Assembly: GCF_006345805.1 (NCBI RefSeq)
Contig: NC_043000.1
Span: forward strand, 19,468,001-19,532,000
Source: Octopus sinensis
Taxonomy: Eukaryota
Reading direction: 5' to 3'
Length of the DNA stretch: 64,000 nt
The translations under genes and the position numbers were made by a program. The notes under the pieces were generated by a model. It did no database searches. It saw only the letters and a list, made by a program, of their open reading frames with translations, and was not told where the DNA came from. Below, piece by piece: positions 39,191 through 52,628 of this stretch (the first letter of the stretch is position 1; each line of letters starts with the position of its first letter).

Positions 39191-39890
39191 ATATATATAT
39201 ATATACTCTTCTCTTCCCACGTGACGGATCGGCCAGCCTGCTCTTTCTTTCTTGGTCTGACCGTGGTCCGTGCAACATCGATATTCTTCCCTGCGTTTGT
39301 GAAAATTTTCTATCTCTGCCGTAAGGCTTCATTTCCACACGCACCAGCTTCATTCAATTCGTCCTTAGTCGAAAGACACCTGTTGTTATGTCCTGTTATT
39401 ATTTTTATTGTATTTATATTTGTGTAACATTGTCCGTTTTTCCCGTCCTTGTTTTCGTATACATTCGCTGCTTTCATCTGAGGAATCTAATGCTCTTAGC
39501 TTAGTTTTTCCTTGGAGCTGGCCAGATTGGAGCAATCTCAAGAATAATCAGCCGAAATTGCGAGGATAACCTGGTTCTTGACTGAAGATAGAAAACTTCG
39601 AATGACCCGTCCTTATTTTTTTTTGTATCGTCTATCTGGATGTTTTGCGCTCTTGTCCGATTTTGTGGTGTTGTATATATATAATTATATATATATATAT
39701 CATATATATATATAGTAGGGGAGAGAGACAAATAGAGAAAAGAGAAAATAAAAATAAAAATTAAAATAAAATAAGGGAGGAAGATGAGGAGAAAAAAATA
39801 TATGTGTGTGTGTATATGAGGGTATATATATGTGTATATATATGTGCATGTGTGTGCGTGTATGTATGTATATGTATGTGTATGTGTATA

Positions 39891-39949
<59 letters not shown>

Positions 39950-39959
39950 TGTGAAATAG

Positions 39960-42900
39960 AAAGATGAATAATCTTGTAGTAGATTAATCAACAGTTTAAC
40001 CGATACCTTATAGCAAAAATCACAGCAGTAAACAGCACGGTTGGAGGTACAACCATCTGGCGTTGCAACCCAGATTTATAGTGAAGGACCATAAACCTAA
40101 CTTCCACACCAACCCAGCGCTAAGACTCATATGCCCTGCTAGATCTGATATCGGGATAATCAGTAAGTACATTTTAGATAAATATAATCCTATTTGTAAA
40201 CAAGCTGAAGCTCAGCCTCTGGGCCAACTCCTCGCAGGTAGTGAAGTGGTTCTCTTCCATCCCCAATAAGAACCGTACTAGGTTCATTCAGTTTGATATC
40301 GCCAGCTTCTACCCCTCGATTACCCTAGTGTGCTAAATAAGGCCCTCTGGGCATGCTCACAACAAGGCTGGCCTCACCAGAGAAGAGATAGATATCATTT
40401 TAGTTGCCAGGAATCGTTTATTAAGTTGATAATAAGTTGTGGATCCGTAAAATACTCCCAATGAATTTGATGTGCCTATGGGTAGTTCGGATAGTGCGCA
40501 GATAGCCGATTTGGTCGGAATATCTATTCTCTATACGAATTGTCCGATCAATTCCCGGAGATCGCGGGCGGCCTGTATCGTGACGATTGTCTTTTTACCT
40601 GCAAAACACCACGAACAGAATAGTGCAGAAAACTAAGAGCAGGTTAGCTAGGTTTTTAATAGAATGGGCATGAGTATAGTTTTTGATAATGAACTCACCA
40701 AGGCTAATTTCCTAGACGTTACACTTAACCTTAATAGCGACTCATACTGCCCTTACCATAAGCCTTCCACTAATTTGAAGTATGTCAGTTGTCTTCTCAA
40801 ATCATGCCAAAACCGTAACAGACAATTTGGTTAAAAACATCTCGTCTAGATTGTCTGGCTTGTCCGCCAGTGCCGATATTTTTATGCAGAAAGCGGAATT
40901 TTATAAACGCCGCACTATCCAAGGCCGGTTATAGGCAGAAGGTAAATTTATATTGATCCGGCCCTTCCGATGCCATCATTCGGTCATCAGATAGGGCCGT
41001 ATATAATAACATTAACATTTTAAGTAAGGAACGGGAGCGCGGCGGATGCCGGGGTATCGCTCCCGCATTTAATTTAGCGAACAAGGATAATTATCGGTCC
41101 GGGAGGTCTTACACTAACCCAACCCGTTATTCATCCGAGAATCACCCACCCGAATGCGAGAGCTGGCGTCCCGACCCATCACACTGATAGGAATAAGATC
41201 TATGGTTTGTAATCCCCTTTGGTAAGCAGATTAGAACTAACCTCCCCCCCTCATGTTTAGACAAGCCATCGCCAATAACTTCCCCAGAAATTCCAAATAT
41301 TACTCCACGGTTAACTCACATAAAGTTAGGATAGCTTTCTCCAACACTAAAAACCTCGCCCAGATAATCGCCTCCCATAATAATAGGCTACTTACTAAGA
41401 CCCTATCACCTTTTTCCGGAGGCACAGCCTCTTCCGCTCCCGGTTTAATGCTCAGTAGGAATAATTATAGTAGTAAATAATGATATGAAGCCAGTACAGT
41501 GACACATAATCTCAGCTCCAGCCAGGGAGTACCCACTAGGGGTATAGTTATAAATAGGGTGTTGTGGTTGACGGTAACATGGAGTAGGGTAGAGAGCCCC
41601 ATTAGCATCCCCAGCATCATTTCCCGCAATAGCAGTACCACGGGCAGTAGCAATGACAGCACTCTGATAGATAGTGGAGAATCAGGGGTTATTCCTATAG
41701 TTAATAGTGACGTAGTGGAAAATAGAGTAGTAAGCGGCTGCAGGTCTCGGAACGAATATAGTGACAGGAACGCAGTTCTAATTTCAGAAACCAATCCTAG
41801 CAGATTAAGATTCACGTCGGCGAACTCCAAGATCAAAAAACGCCGTCTACCAATGCAAGGTTTACACGGACTCAGATGCCTTCACTTATGTAGGGGCATC
41901 ATCCTCAAGATTGTCTTTGCGTGTCTCCAACCATTACGCAACTTTTCGGGACGTGAACAAGCGCCAGACCACGGGACTCAGTAAGCTAATGAATAAATAG
42001 AATAATTGAATAGTCAGATATGTGGGATGGGGTTTTAGGTAAATTAGAAGACAATTGCTTTTAGTTAGACTGAAGGATGCGAACTTAAGCTATAGGCTGG
42101 AATGGTCAATTTTGTCGGTGGCCCTCCCATTTGATAGGGGCAGAAGACAGTGCAACCTTTGTGTCTCCGAACTCTTCCATATTTTGTTTGCCAGAGGCCG
42201 GATGGTAAACGGGCTCTTACAGTCGGCTTTTCGATGCCCCCATTGGCGGCGTTACACTTATCTGGCCTTTAAATAGCGTTTATAATAATACCGGCACCCA
42301 TAGCCCTTGGTAACAAATTCTGAAATAGCCTTTAAGATTCTACGATTGACCACTGCAAGGGGAATTACTCCTGTAAGACAAACGGGGCTTGGTTTTTTTC
42401 ACAGCGGGGGGTTTCCTTTGACAGGTAGGCTTAGATGAACACACACACACATAAAACATAATATATATATATAATTTTTTATTTTTTTCTTTCTGCCACC
42501 CAACGGTTATCACGGCAGTAGCCACTGACAGCCGAACGATCAAACGCACACACGTACACAAAAAATGTTTTCTACCTTTACGCCAACACACACATATATA
42601 GAACAGTATACACACACAACGTCTCTAAGTAGATTTTTTTCTCGCCACTTATAAAACATCCAATATTCTTTAAATAGTCAGATCTTTATTCTCGGTCACA
42701 AAGAACATCTATACACCCTCACCCACATGATTTACCGATGCCTGACCCGTTGAATTCTTCAGCCACCGTTCTCAACATACACTGATAAACAGTTTCGCCA
42801 TGGGCTCTTAGGAGCACAGTTCGATTTGTTTTTTGCTCCGCCTCTGTTCTGTTTTTGTTTTTCCAACGGATTTCCCTTTTTTCTTCCTGAATAGAAAGAC

Positions 42901-43030
42901 ACAATATGGTCCCATTATTCAATCGGATTTTGGTAATTTGTGCCTTTCGAAACACGTGTAGAATGAAATAAACGATTTCTGTTCAATCTGCGTTCAGCTC
43001 CATTTCTTCAATTCACCAATAATGTTTTAT
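39960..43030 (+). mobile_element. Near-complete Penelope-like element (RT plus C-terminal GIY-YIG, Naiad-like), frameshifted
   Basis: VKDHKPNF..RLICPARSDIG, FIQFDIASFYPS (40283), FDVPMGS..IADLVG (40466), GGLYRDD (40567-40587), FLDVTL (40709), VYQCKV..TYVG..SNH (41845), QCNLCVSE; 3' UTR with hammerhead; (TA)n at both ends. Confidence 0.93.
42881..42968 (+). ncRNA. Hammerhead motif in the PLE 3' region, long stem II, core CUGAAUA (G8 lost)
   Basis: TTCTTC CTGAATA GAAAGACACAA..TTGTGCCTTTC GAA ACACGTGT A GAATGAA. Confidence 0.65.
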
Positions 43031-43615
43031 ATATATATATATATATTATATATTATAATATATATATAATATATATTGTATGTATATATATATGTGTATA
43101 TATAGGTGCGTGTGTATGCGTGTATATATGTATATGTATATGTGTATATATGTGTGTATATATATATATATATATGTGTGTGGTGTGTGTTTGTGTATTT
43201 GTATGTATGTGTGTGTGTGTGTCTGTATGTATATACATGTGCGTATGTATATATATATGGATATTCGCATGTGTATGTATGTGGGTTTGTATGTATATTT
43301 ATTTATGTTTTTTCACGTATATTTATCTACTTCTTCCTTCCACTTAAATAACAAACTAACTAAAGCAATTGTCTTCAATTTACCTAAAACCCCATCCCAC
43401 ATATCTGACTATTCAATTATTCTATTTATTCATTTATTTACTTTCTCACTGATTCTTCATTTCAAAAAACTCTCTGGCCTTTTGACCACTCCCTAAGAAC
43501 AATAGTTTGCACCCTGTTATCTCCTAAATTCCAACTTACCAAAAAAACGTCCCCCACCACACCACCCATTAAATCTGCCTAAATGTATAAATACCAGACC
43601 CTTATATTGACAGCC

Positions 43616-43666
43616 AGCTTCCTGAAGATTTCATCTGAATGAAACAGTTTCTATCCTGTAGAAGCT
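43616..43666 (+). ncRNA. Canonical-core monomeric type I hammerhead
   Basis: AGCTTC CTGAAGA TTTCATCTGAAT GAA ACAG tttctatc CTGT A GAAGCT. Confidence 0.8.
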
Positions 43667-43761
43667 CCTTCTATAAAATATTACTTTACTCTGCTATGTA
43701 TTGAGTACCTTATTTACTGTGGTTAACCCCGACTCACCCGGGACCTACATATATATATATT

Positions 43762-43793
<32 letters not shown>

Positions 43794-43859
43794 AATTCGC
43801 TAGCCTCTGCACGCATTTTTTTGCTCTCCTTGTTTCTTTCTGTGTTTCTTTTCTGTGTA

Positions 43860-43897
43860 TCTTTCTGTTGAAGAGCGTAGGCTCGAAACGTAAAAGA
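43860..43897 (+). ncRNA. Minimal hammerhead-like motif (core CUGUUGA, palindromic ACGT stem III)
   Basis: TCTTT CTGTTGA A GAGC gtag GCTC GAA ACGT A AAAGA; degenerate relative at 9690-9735 (-). Confidence 0.6.
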
Positions 43898-44036
43898 CTT
43901 GTTTTATTTATATTCCTGAGCGCCATACTAATACATGTTTGTTTGTATTCCACCTGCCTTCGTCTTTTTGTTTATTTTCATAAAGCTTCCCGTTATATAT
44001 ATATATGTATATAATATATATATATATAATATTATA

Positions 44037-44077
<41 letters not shown>

Positions 44078-44094
44078 TATTTATATATAATATC

Positions 44095-44130
<36 letters not shown>

Positions 44131-44135
44131 TTAAT

Positions 44136-44169
<34 letters not shown>

Positions 44170-44176
44170 ATGTATG

Positions 44177-44250
<74 letters not shown>

Positions 44251-45175
44251 TATAATATATATATATATACATATATATATACATACACACACACACACAG
44301 ATATATACATAGACAGACAGATAGATAGATAGATAGAGAGACAGACAGACAGACAGACAGATATATAATAATCTTTTTTTCACTCACCATGTAACAAATA
44401 CATTCATAAAGCTTTGAACAATCCGGATCTATAGTAAAAGACACGTGCCACGCCGCAGCGGGACGGAACCTGAAACCATGGGGTCAGGAAGCAGACTTCT
44501 TAACCACACAGCCATGCTATCTGATTCTTGGTAAATTTAGACAAACTTTAAAGTCCGTAGCAGAAGAGCAAGAGTATTCGTTTTCCTTTACACTCATAAC
44601 AAAATAAATATTGTAGTTTCTATTAAATTAAAGGAATCTGACTTATTGATAAAGCATGTAATGTTTGGATAGTTTCCGCTTTCACTGTTTTTCTTATTCT
44701 CTGCCTTCTCTGAATTAGTCAATGGAAATAGTAAACTAATTCCAATTCTACATGTCTGACGTGAAAGTCATGTGATCAGTTCTACCACTGGTGATGGTAT
44801 TGATAGTGATGGTGGTAGTGGTTTGTTTGTTATCTTTAGGGTTATATGACACCGAGTAATAAAAGTTATTGCGTAACTACCCTACCGAATATTTTGTTTT
44901 CAATGCAGTGATTTAACCCTCGGAAGACAAATGAGGTCATGTATAGGACTGCCGTTCCTTTGCTGGAAAGGGGATTAGAATGATCTCTTCAGGAATATGT
45001 CATCGTCATCGTCGTTGTCGTCGTTGTCATAATCATTATCATCATTACCAACATGATCATCTCATATTTATCAACATCATGATCACCACCACCATCATCA
45101 TTAACATCACCAGTAGCCGCAGCATCACCACCATCACTACTACCACTACCAACACCACTATCATATTAATCATTA

Positions 45176-45210
<35 letters not shown>

Positions 45211-45805
45211 ACTGATGTTGCCACTGCTGCTGATGTTGCCACTGCTGTTACTGCTACTATTACCACCACCACCACCACCACCACTTTGGTAGTAGTGTTG
45301 GTGGTGGTGGTAGCTGATCTCTCAAATGAACTGGGGAAACTGGTGCAGGAATGGCTGTGTAGTAAGTAGCTTGCTTACCACCATCACCATCATCATCATC
45401 ATCATCATCATCATTTTGACATCTGCTTTGCCCTATTGTTGAACAGGTTGTCAAGATCTTAATTAGTTCTCATTTTGAATTAGTGCCCGGAGGAGGAGAA
45501 GATCAGGTTTCGTGCCACAAGTTTCATTTTGGTATGGTTTCAAAAGCTGGTAACCATTCCTAGTGGAGTACACATAGCTTAGTGGTTAGGGTGTTGGACT
45601 CATGATCATAAGATTGCAGTTTCAATTCCTGGACTGGACGTTACATGTTCTTGAGCAAAACACTCCCTTTCTCGTTACCCCAGTCCACTCAGTTGGCATA
45701 AATGAGTAATCCTGTGACAGACAGGCGTCCCGTCCAGATGGGGAATATATATGCCAGGGAAACCAAGAAACTGGCCCCTGTGAGTCGATATGACTTAAGA
45801 AAGTA

Positions 45806-46157
45806 TTGGGCTGTCCGGAAAGTTCGTGCCGATTTTGAAAGGAAAGAAAAAGGTCAATAAATACTTGCCATTGCATTTTTAATCAACCAGATATGAACCA
45901 TTTTGTTGCACAATACATCTCCATCTTTCCTTTAACTTGAAAATACCCTCTTCTCAGAATTGGGGTGGTTTCATGGCAAAGAATTCATCAAGGTATCTTT
46001 TTACATCATCCAAGGAATTGAAATGTTTACCATTTAGACTATTCTGCAGAGACTTGAATAAGTAGAAATCCAAAGGAGCTATATCTAGTAAATATGGAGT
46101 GGGGGTAACACATCCCAGTCGAACTGCAGCAATTTTTGTCTGGTTTCCAAAGCATCA
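45806..46157 (-). mobile_element. Mariner transposase C-terminus and right TIR
   Basis: QKLLQFDWDVLP..YLLDIAPLDFYLFKSLQNSLNGKHF..EEGIFKLKERWRCIVQQNGSYLVD*; TA|TTGGGCTGTCCGGAAAGTTCGTG. Confidence 0.9.
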
Positions 46158-46692
46158 AGTGCCGAAAATGAACTTTCTTATCTTCCATTTTAAAGGGTTA
46201 CAGAATTAACACAGGTTATAGAAACATAAACTTTCTTCCACGAAAAGATAGCTTAAACTGTGCTGTAAATGGAGGTGTAGTCAAATCCTATTTTATGGAC
46301 TCAATCATTTTCTAAAATAAGTTGAAAGGTAATCTACTATAAATCGGCACAAACTTTCTGGACGACCCAATAGTTTTACTTTAACCCTTCCTAACATCAC
46401 CCACTTCATAAAGCATTGGATATATTTTAACATGGTTCTAGTATTACTGGGATTGTCTTCAGGCCTGCAAGGCCATAGACATTTGGCAGCTGCATGAGTT
46501 TTTCTTTTCTTTTTCTTTTTGTTCCACTCAAGAGGATGATCAGAATAGTAGATTGCCAGTTGTATAAGACAGTCAGATGGCATGCCTTACAGAATCTGTT
46601 CTACTTCTGTGTATTCTGAGTTCAAATCCTTCCCTGTCACTTCTGAGAGGAATTGCAGCTGACAGATAGTATTAGCAATTTGAAAAACCATT

Positions 46693-47207
<515 letters not shown>

Positions 47208-47570
47208 CAGTTTCCCCAGTTCATTTGAGAGATCAGCTACCACCACCACCACCACCACCGCCACCACCACACTACTACCAAAACCACCACTACCATCACC
47301 ACCACCAATATTTCTTAGCTCACTAAGGCTATGAGCTAGCAGAATCATTAGAATGTGAGGCAGAATGCTTAGTGACATTTCATCCATCTTTACATTCTGA
47401 ATTAAAATCCACCAAGGTTGACTTTGCCTTGCAGCCTTTTGGGGGTCAATAAAGTAAGTAGCAGTTGAATACTGTGGTTGATGTAATTGACAAGCCCTTC
47501 CTCCGAAATCACTGGCCTTGTGCCAATAATTTGAAGATAATATTTCTTAGCTCACTATATAAAACATATT

Positions 47571-47990
47571 ACTCTTTTACTCATTTACTTGTTTCAGTCA
47601 TTTGACTTCGGCCATGCTGAAGCACCGCCTTTAGTCAAGCAAATCAACCCCAGGACTTATTCTTTGGAAGCCTAGTACTTATTCTATCCATCTCTTTTGC
47701 CGAACCACTAAGTAACGGGGATGTAAACACACCAGCATCGGTTGTCAAGCGATTTTGAGGGGACAAACACAGACACACAAACATATACACACACAAATAT
47801 ATATATATATATATATATACATATATACGACGGGCTTCTTTCAGTTTCCATCTACCAAATCCACTCACAAAGCTTTGGTCAGCCTGAGGCTATATTAGAA
47901 GACACTTGCCCAAGGTACCACGCAGTGAGACTGAACCCGGAACCATGTTGTTTGTAAGCAAGCTACTTACCACACAGCCACTCCTGTGCC
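47571..47990 (-). mobile_element. SINE family B
   Basis: Full length. Confidence 0.9.
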
Positions 47991-48180
47991 TTTTAGAGTT
48001 ATTATTCTTGCAACGATTTTAGAGTTATTATTCATGCAACACACATCCCCAGGTTATTTATCACCCACCATATTCTTCTAGGTATAACTCTGACCATTTT
48101 ATATTTCTATGGATTTGGATTAGAGTTAATGCTAATAATTCTACAATCTTACTAAAACTAACATTAAAAACAATCACATT

Positions 48181-49083
48181 GGTTCAATATGCAATTTAAT
48201 TCACTTTGGAGGTCCACATAAGATTTTCTTGCAAAATCAGTTACACTTCTACAATACACAAATACACTTATTTTATACACTTTCTAATAACATTTAGTAG
48301 TGGAGGCGCAATGGCCCAGTGGTTAGGGCAGCGGACTCGCGGTCGTAGGATCGCGGTTTCGATTGTGAGTGTTTATTGAGCGAAAACACCTAAAGCTCCA
48401 CGAGTCTCCGGCAGGGGATGGTGGTGATCCCTGCTGTACTCTTTCACCACAACTTTCTCTCACTCTTACTTCCTGTTTCTGTTGTACCTGTATTTCAAAG
48501 GGCCGGCCTTGTCACTCTCTGTGTCACGCTGAATATCCCCGAGAACTACGTTAAGGGTACACGTGTCTGTGGAGTGCTCAGCCACTTACACGTTCATTTC
48601 ACGAGTAGGCTGTTCCGTTGATTCGGATCAACCGGAACCCTCGTCGTCGTGACCGATGGAGTGCTTCCCCCCAATAACATTTAGTTATAAAAACACAGTA
48701 AGCTTTCTCTAAACATCAAATGGCCATAGGGGTCCACCTGAGTGAAACAGGTATCAAAGGAGTCCATAGTGAAAAAATTGTTGAGAAGCACTGATTTAGA
48801 CTATGGCTTAATATACAATTTAATTCTCTCTGTGTATACTGCATATATTTTAGATCATTTATTCAGAGCAGAGATTCTCAACCATGGTTCATATGACGTT
48901 TGGGGGTCCACATACACTTCTACAATACACAAAATATTTCAACACTTATTTTATACACTTTCTAATAATATTTAGTTATAAAAACACAGTAAGCTTTTTC
49001 TAAACATCGAATGGCCATAGTAGTACCCCTGAGTAAAATTGGAATCAAGGAGTCCAGAGGACAAAAATGGTTGAGAAGCACTT
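48181..49083 (+). mobile_element. Two adjacent hAT (Charlie/MER5-like) MITE copies, the first interrupted by SINE A
   Basis: Copy 2 at 48869-49083: CAGAGATTCTCAACC..GGTTGAGAAGCACTT; copy 1 ends GTTGAGAAGCACTG at 48793; both are followed by ATTTAGACTA. Confidence 0.65.
48301..48672 (+). mobile_element. SINE family A
   Basis: TSD AATAACATTTAGT at 48286-48298 and 48673-48685. Confidence 0.95.
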
Positions 49084-49790
49084 ATTTAGACTAACACTGT
49101 TTACCGAAGTCTGTGTGAAAGATTATATGGATGTGGGAGGAGATAGAGACAAAATTTATGCCATTCATTTTCTTTTATTCATTTATTTGTTTCAGTCAAT
49201 AAACTGAGTCATGCTGGGCCATGGCTTTGATGAGTTTGGTCAAAGAAATCAACTCTGGGACTTATTTCTACAAATGGTATTTATTTTATTGGTCTCTTTT
49301 TTTTCTTTTGATAGGACTGCTAACTTATAGGGACATAAACAAACTATCACTGGTTGTCAAGTATTGGTGGTGGGAGGGTCAAACACAAACAAATTTCCAA
49401 ATTGCGGATATTATATGAAGTTTACATCTCCTGGAAGGAGCGTCACCATTTTTCTGTGACTGAACAGGAATTGAACTCAGAATGCATAGTTAGAACAGAT
49501 ACCACAAAACATTTCACTGAATACTCTAACAGTCCTACAAACCCAATACACTGGACTAGAACACTTTTTAACAACCCCCAGAGGGATGAAAGACAAAGTT
49601 GACTTTAGTTGGATTTGAACTCCCTGTTTATTTAAACAATACACTTAATTCTGCACGCATGAGAATTCAACAAACCATTAGATGTAAGAATCAGATTAAT
49701 CCATAAATAACACCTATGTCAAACAGGTGCCCAATCTAAAGAGAGGTTCATCTCTCATCAGTCTACATAGTAAAACTGGAACTAAATACT

Positions 49791-50207
49791 TATTTCTTTA
49801 TTGCCTACAAGGGGCTAAACATAGAGGGGACAAACAAGGACAGACAAAGGGATTAAGTCGATTACATCGACCCCAGTGCATAGTTGGTACTTAATTTATC
49901 GACCCCGAAAGGATGAAAGGCAAAGTAGACCTCAGCGGAATTTGAACTCAGAACATAACGGCAGACGAAATACCTATTTCTTTACTACCCACAAGGGGCT
50001 AAACACAGAGAGGACAAACAAGGACAGACAAACGGATTAAGTCAATTACATCGACCCCAGTGCACAACTGGTACTTATTTAATCGACCCTGAAAAGATGA
50101 AAGGCAAAGTCGACCTCGGTGGAATTTGAACTCAGAACGTAACGGCAGATGAAATACCGCTAAGCATCTCGCCCGGCGTGCTAATGTTTCTGCCAGCTCG
50201 CCACCTT
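49791..50207 (-). mobile_element. SINE C dimer bracketed by one TSD
   Basis: TAAATACT at 49783-49790 and 50208-50215. Confidence 0.88.
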
Positions 50208-51093
50208 TAAATACTGGTATTTCCACTTACCTCCACACTACAATATTCTCAAGCATTACTATAACTATAGAAGGCACATGGCTCAGTGGTTAGAGCATTG
50301 GAGTAATGAGTTCAATTCCTGGGCTGTGTGTTGTGTTCTTGAGCAAGACACTTTATTTCATGTTGCTCCAGTTCACTCAGCTGTGGAAATAAGTTGTGAC
50401 ATCATTGGTGCCAAGCTGTATCGCCCTTTGCCTTTCCCTTGGTTAACATCAGTGGTGTGGAACGGGGACGTTGGTATGCATGGGTGACTGCTTGTCTTCC
50501 ATAAACAACCTTGCCCAGACTAGTGCCTTGGAGAAGAACTTTCTGGGTGCAATCCTACAGTCATTCATGACAAAAGTAGGTCTTATATTTTAATGTAATA
50601 AATACCATTACATTTTCAAAAGATATTAAATTAAATGACCTCATATAACAGTTCGAGGTTAAAAATCTTGAAGCAAAATCTATAAAACCACCAGGATTCC
50701 ATATTTGAATAATGGAGGGGGGGAAAATGTTTCAAAACTTAACTAATTGTTTATCAAAATTACAAAACCTCAAGAAATAAAACCACTCATTGAAATCCAC
50801 TGCTTGTCAATAGCAGAATTGTTATTGTTAGTGATGTAGCCGTTTTCTAAATCTAATCTCTGGGGACGTGTAACAGTAAAACACGTGAAAGCCTAAACAA
50901 CTAATATAATCACTCCTCATTAAAAAGTTCAAACTAGCAACGCTTATTAGTTGTATACACTTAAAGCCATGCCTGGAACGAAATCCCTTTGAAAATGTAC
51001 TTACATGAGTCAATAAACTAAAGTGTATCAAATTTCTTTTTGAAACATGGTCTCCCACCTCTTCTGTTTTTTTGTTGTTTCTTTTTGTCTTAG

Positions 51094-51135
51094 GACATCA
51101 AAAAGTATTGTGTTAGTCCAAAAGACTTCAACTGG
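51094..51135 (+). CDS. Candidate 42-nt internal exon (DIKKYCVSPKDFNW or TSKSIVLVQKTST)
   Basis: Long pyrimidine tract TTTCTTTTTGTCTTAG acceptor and TGG|GTATGA donor; length is a multiple of 3; unique sequence. Confidence 0.4.
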
Positions 51136-51307
51136 GTATGAAGATCTTTGTTACGCATCAACTTATTTTTTTTATATAAACCACGAGTTTTATTTTAAAC
51201 AGAATTAGTATTTTTCTTGTGTCTTTAAATAAGTAATGGATGATTGTAGATCTACTTCCAATCAACTCTAGAAATTGTGAATTTTATGAAATCTGTATCA
51301 ATAATAT

Positions 51308-51620
51308 GGAGGCGCAATGGCCCAGTGGTTAGGGCAGTGGACTCGCGGTCGGAGGATCATGGTTTCAATTCCCAGGCCAGGCATTGTGTGTGTGTTAATT
51401 GATCAAAAATACCTAAAAGCTCCACGAGGCTCCGGCAGGGGGGGGGGGCGACTCCTGTTGTACTCTTTCGCCACAACTTTCTCTCACTCTCTCTTCCTGT
51501 TTCTGGAGTAATGCTGCGATAGACTGGCATCCCATCCAGCTGGGGGGGAATGCATACACCACAGAAACCGGGAAACCGGGCCCTGAGCCTGGCTAGGCTT
51601 GAAAAGGGTGACGTTTATCA
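51308..51620 (+). mobile_element. SINE with family A head and a third tail type (GACTGGCATCCCATCCAG)
   Basis: Diverges from family A at about 51505; similar tail at 45700-45800 behind an E-type head. Confidence 0.75.
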
Positions 51621-52239
51621 TTTATCGTATCAATAATATACTTGTGAATTATTAATATAGGTGTAGGCATGGCTGTGTGGCAAGAAGTTTGCTTCCCAAG
51701 CAGATGGTTCCAGGTTCAGTCCCACAGTGAGTACACTGGGCCTTCCCAAGGGACCACACAGTCTTCCGCTATATTGTCTTCTACTAAAGCCTTGATTTGG
51801 TAAACAGTAACTGAAAGAAGCCCATTGTATATGTGTACATGTGTATGTGTGTGTGTGTGTGTATCTTTGTGTCTGTGTTTGTCCTCCAACACTTGACAAC
51901 CAGTAAACTAGCGGCTCAGCTAGGTTATGGATACAATAAGTAGTGAACTCAATTTGTTCAACTAAAATTCTTCAAGGCAATACCCCCAGCATGGTTGCAG
52001 TCTTATGGCTTACGTAAAAAAGAAGCACAATAGTATCATTAAATTCTAACTGCATTTTTGGTTTTAGCCCTTCAGTAATAATAACTGATAAAAAGCATGA
52101 GTGACCTTGTAGTTTCACATATCAAAATTAGAAACAATCTTTTACTATAAAGTAAATCATACAACATCTATCATAGAACATTATTGGTATTATGTGGTTC
52201 ACAATCAACTGTGGCTTATATTTTAATAATAGAATAATA

Positions 52240-52628
52240 TCTTTATATATAAAAGTCAAGTTGTGTGTCTGTCTCCTACGATTTAGATTCCTAACTACTC
52301 CCACATTTTGCGATGCAGTGTAACCAAAAGCGGGTATCTTATAGTCGTCATTCATATCGAGCCCTTCTGGGTATTAGCGTGCGTCTACAATTTTAAAAAT
52401 AATTTACCATCATTTTTTTCCATTTTAATGCATTTTTTCCACTATTATATAAGGGAAGTTACTCTCTAAAAATGTCTACGATGAGTCAACGATTTTGAAA
52501 AAAATTTACCATCATTTTTTTCCCATTTTTAATGCATTTGTTTTGCTATTTTTTGGCTATAACTCTCTGAAAATGCTTATATAGTTATTTCCCTTAGAAA
52601 CCCGAGCAACGCCGGGCGATACTGCTAG
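52240..52628 (+). mobile_element. Non-autonomous Helitron
   Basis: A|TCTTTATATATAAAAG start, CCCGAGCAACGCCGGG hairpin, CTAG|T end. Confidence 0.85.

Noticed and set aside
39478-39610. CTGAGGA and CTGAAGA cores as possible hammerheads; also 10840-10910 and 6985-7025
   Set aside because: GAAA, stem III or stem I could not be formed convincingly; at best decayed motifs
41760-42276. Selenocysteine-type PLE (TGA at conserved Cys positions)
   Set aside because: No in-frame TGA seen at the visible Cys positions of the endonuclease region
44980-45369. 129-aa His/Thr/Ala-rich ORF
   Set aside because: Compound trinucleotide repeats plus the templated insertion
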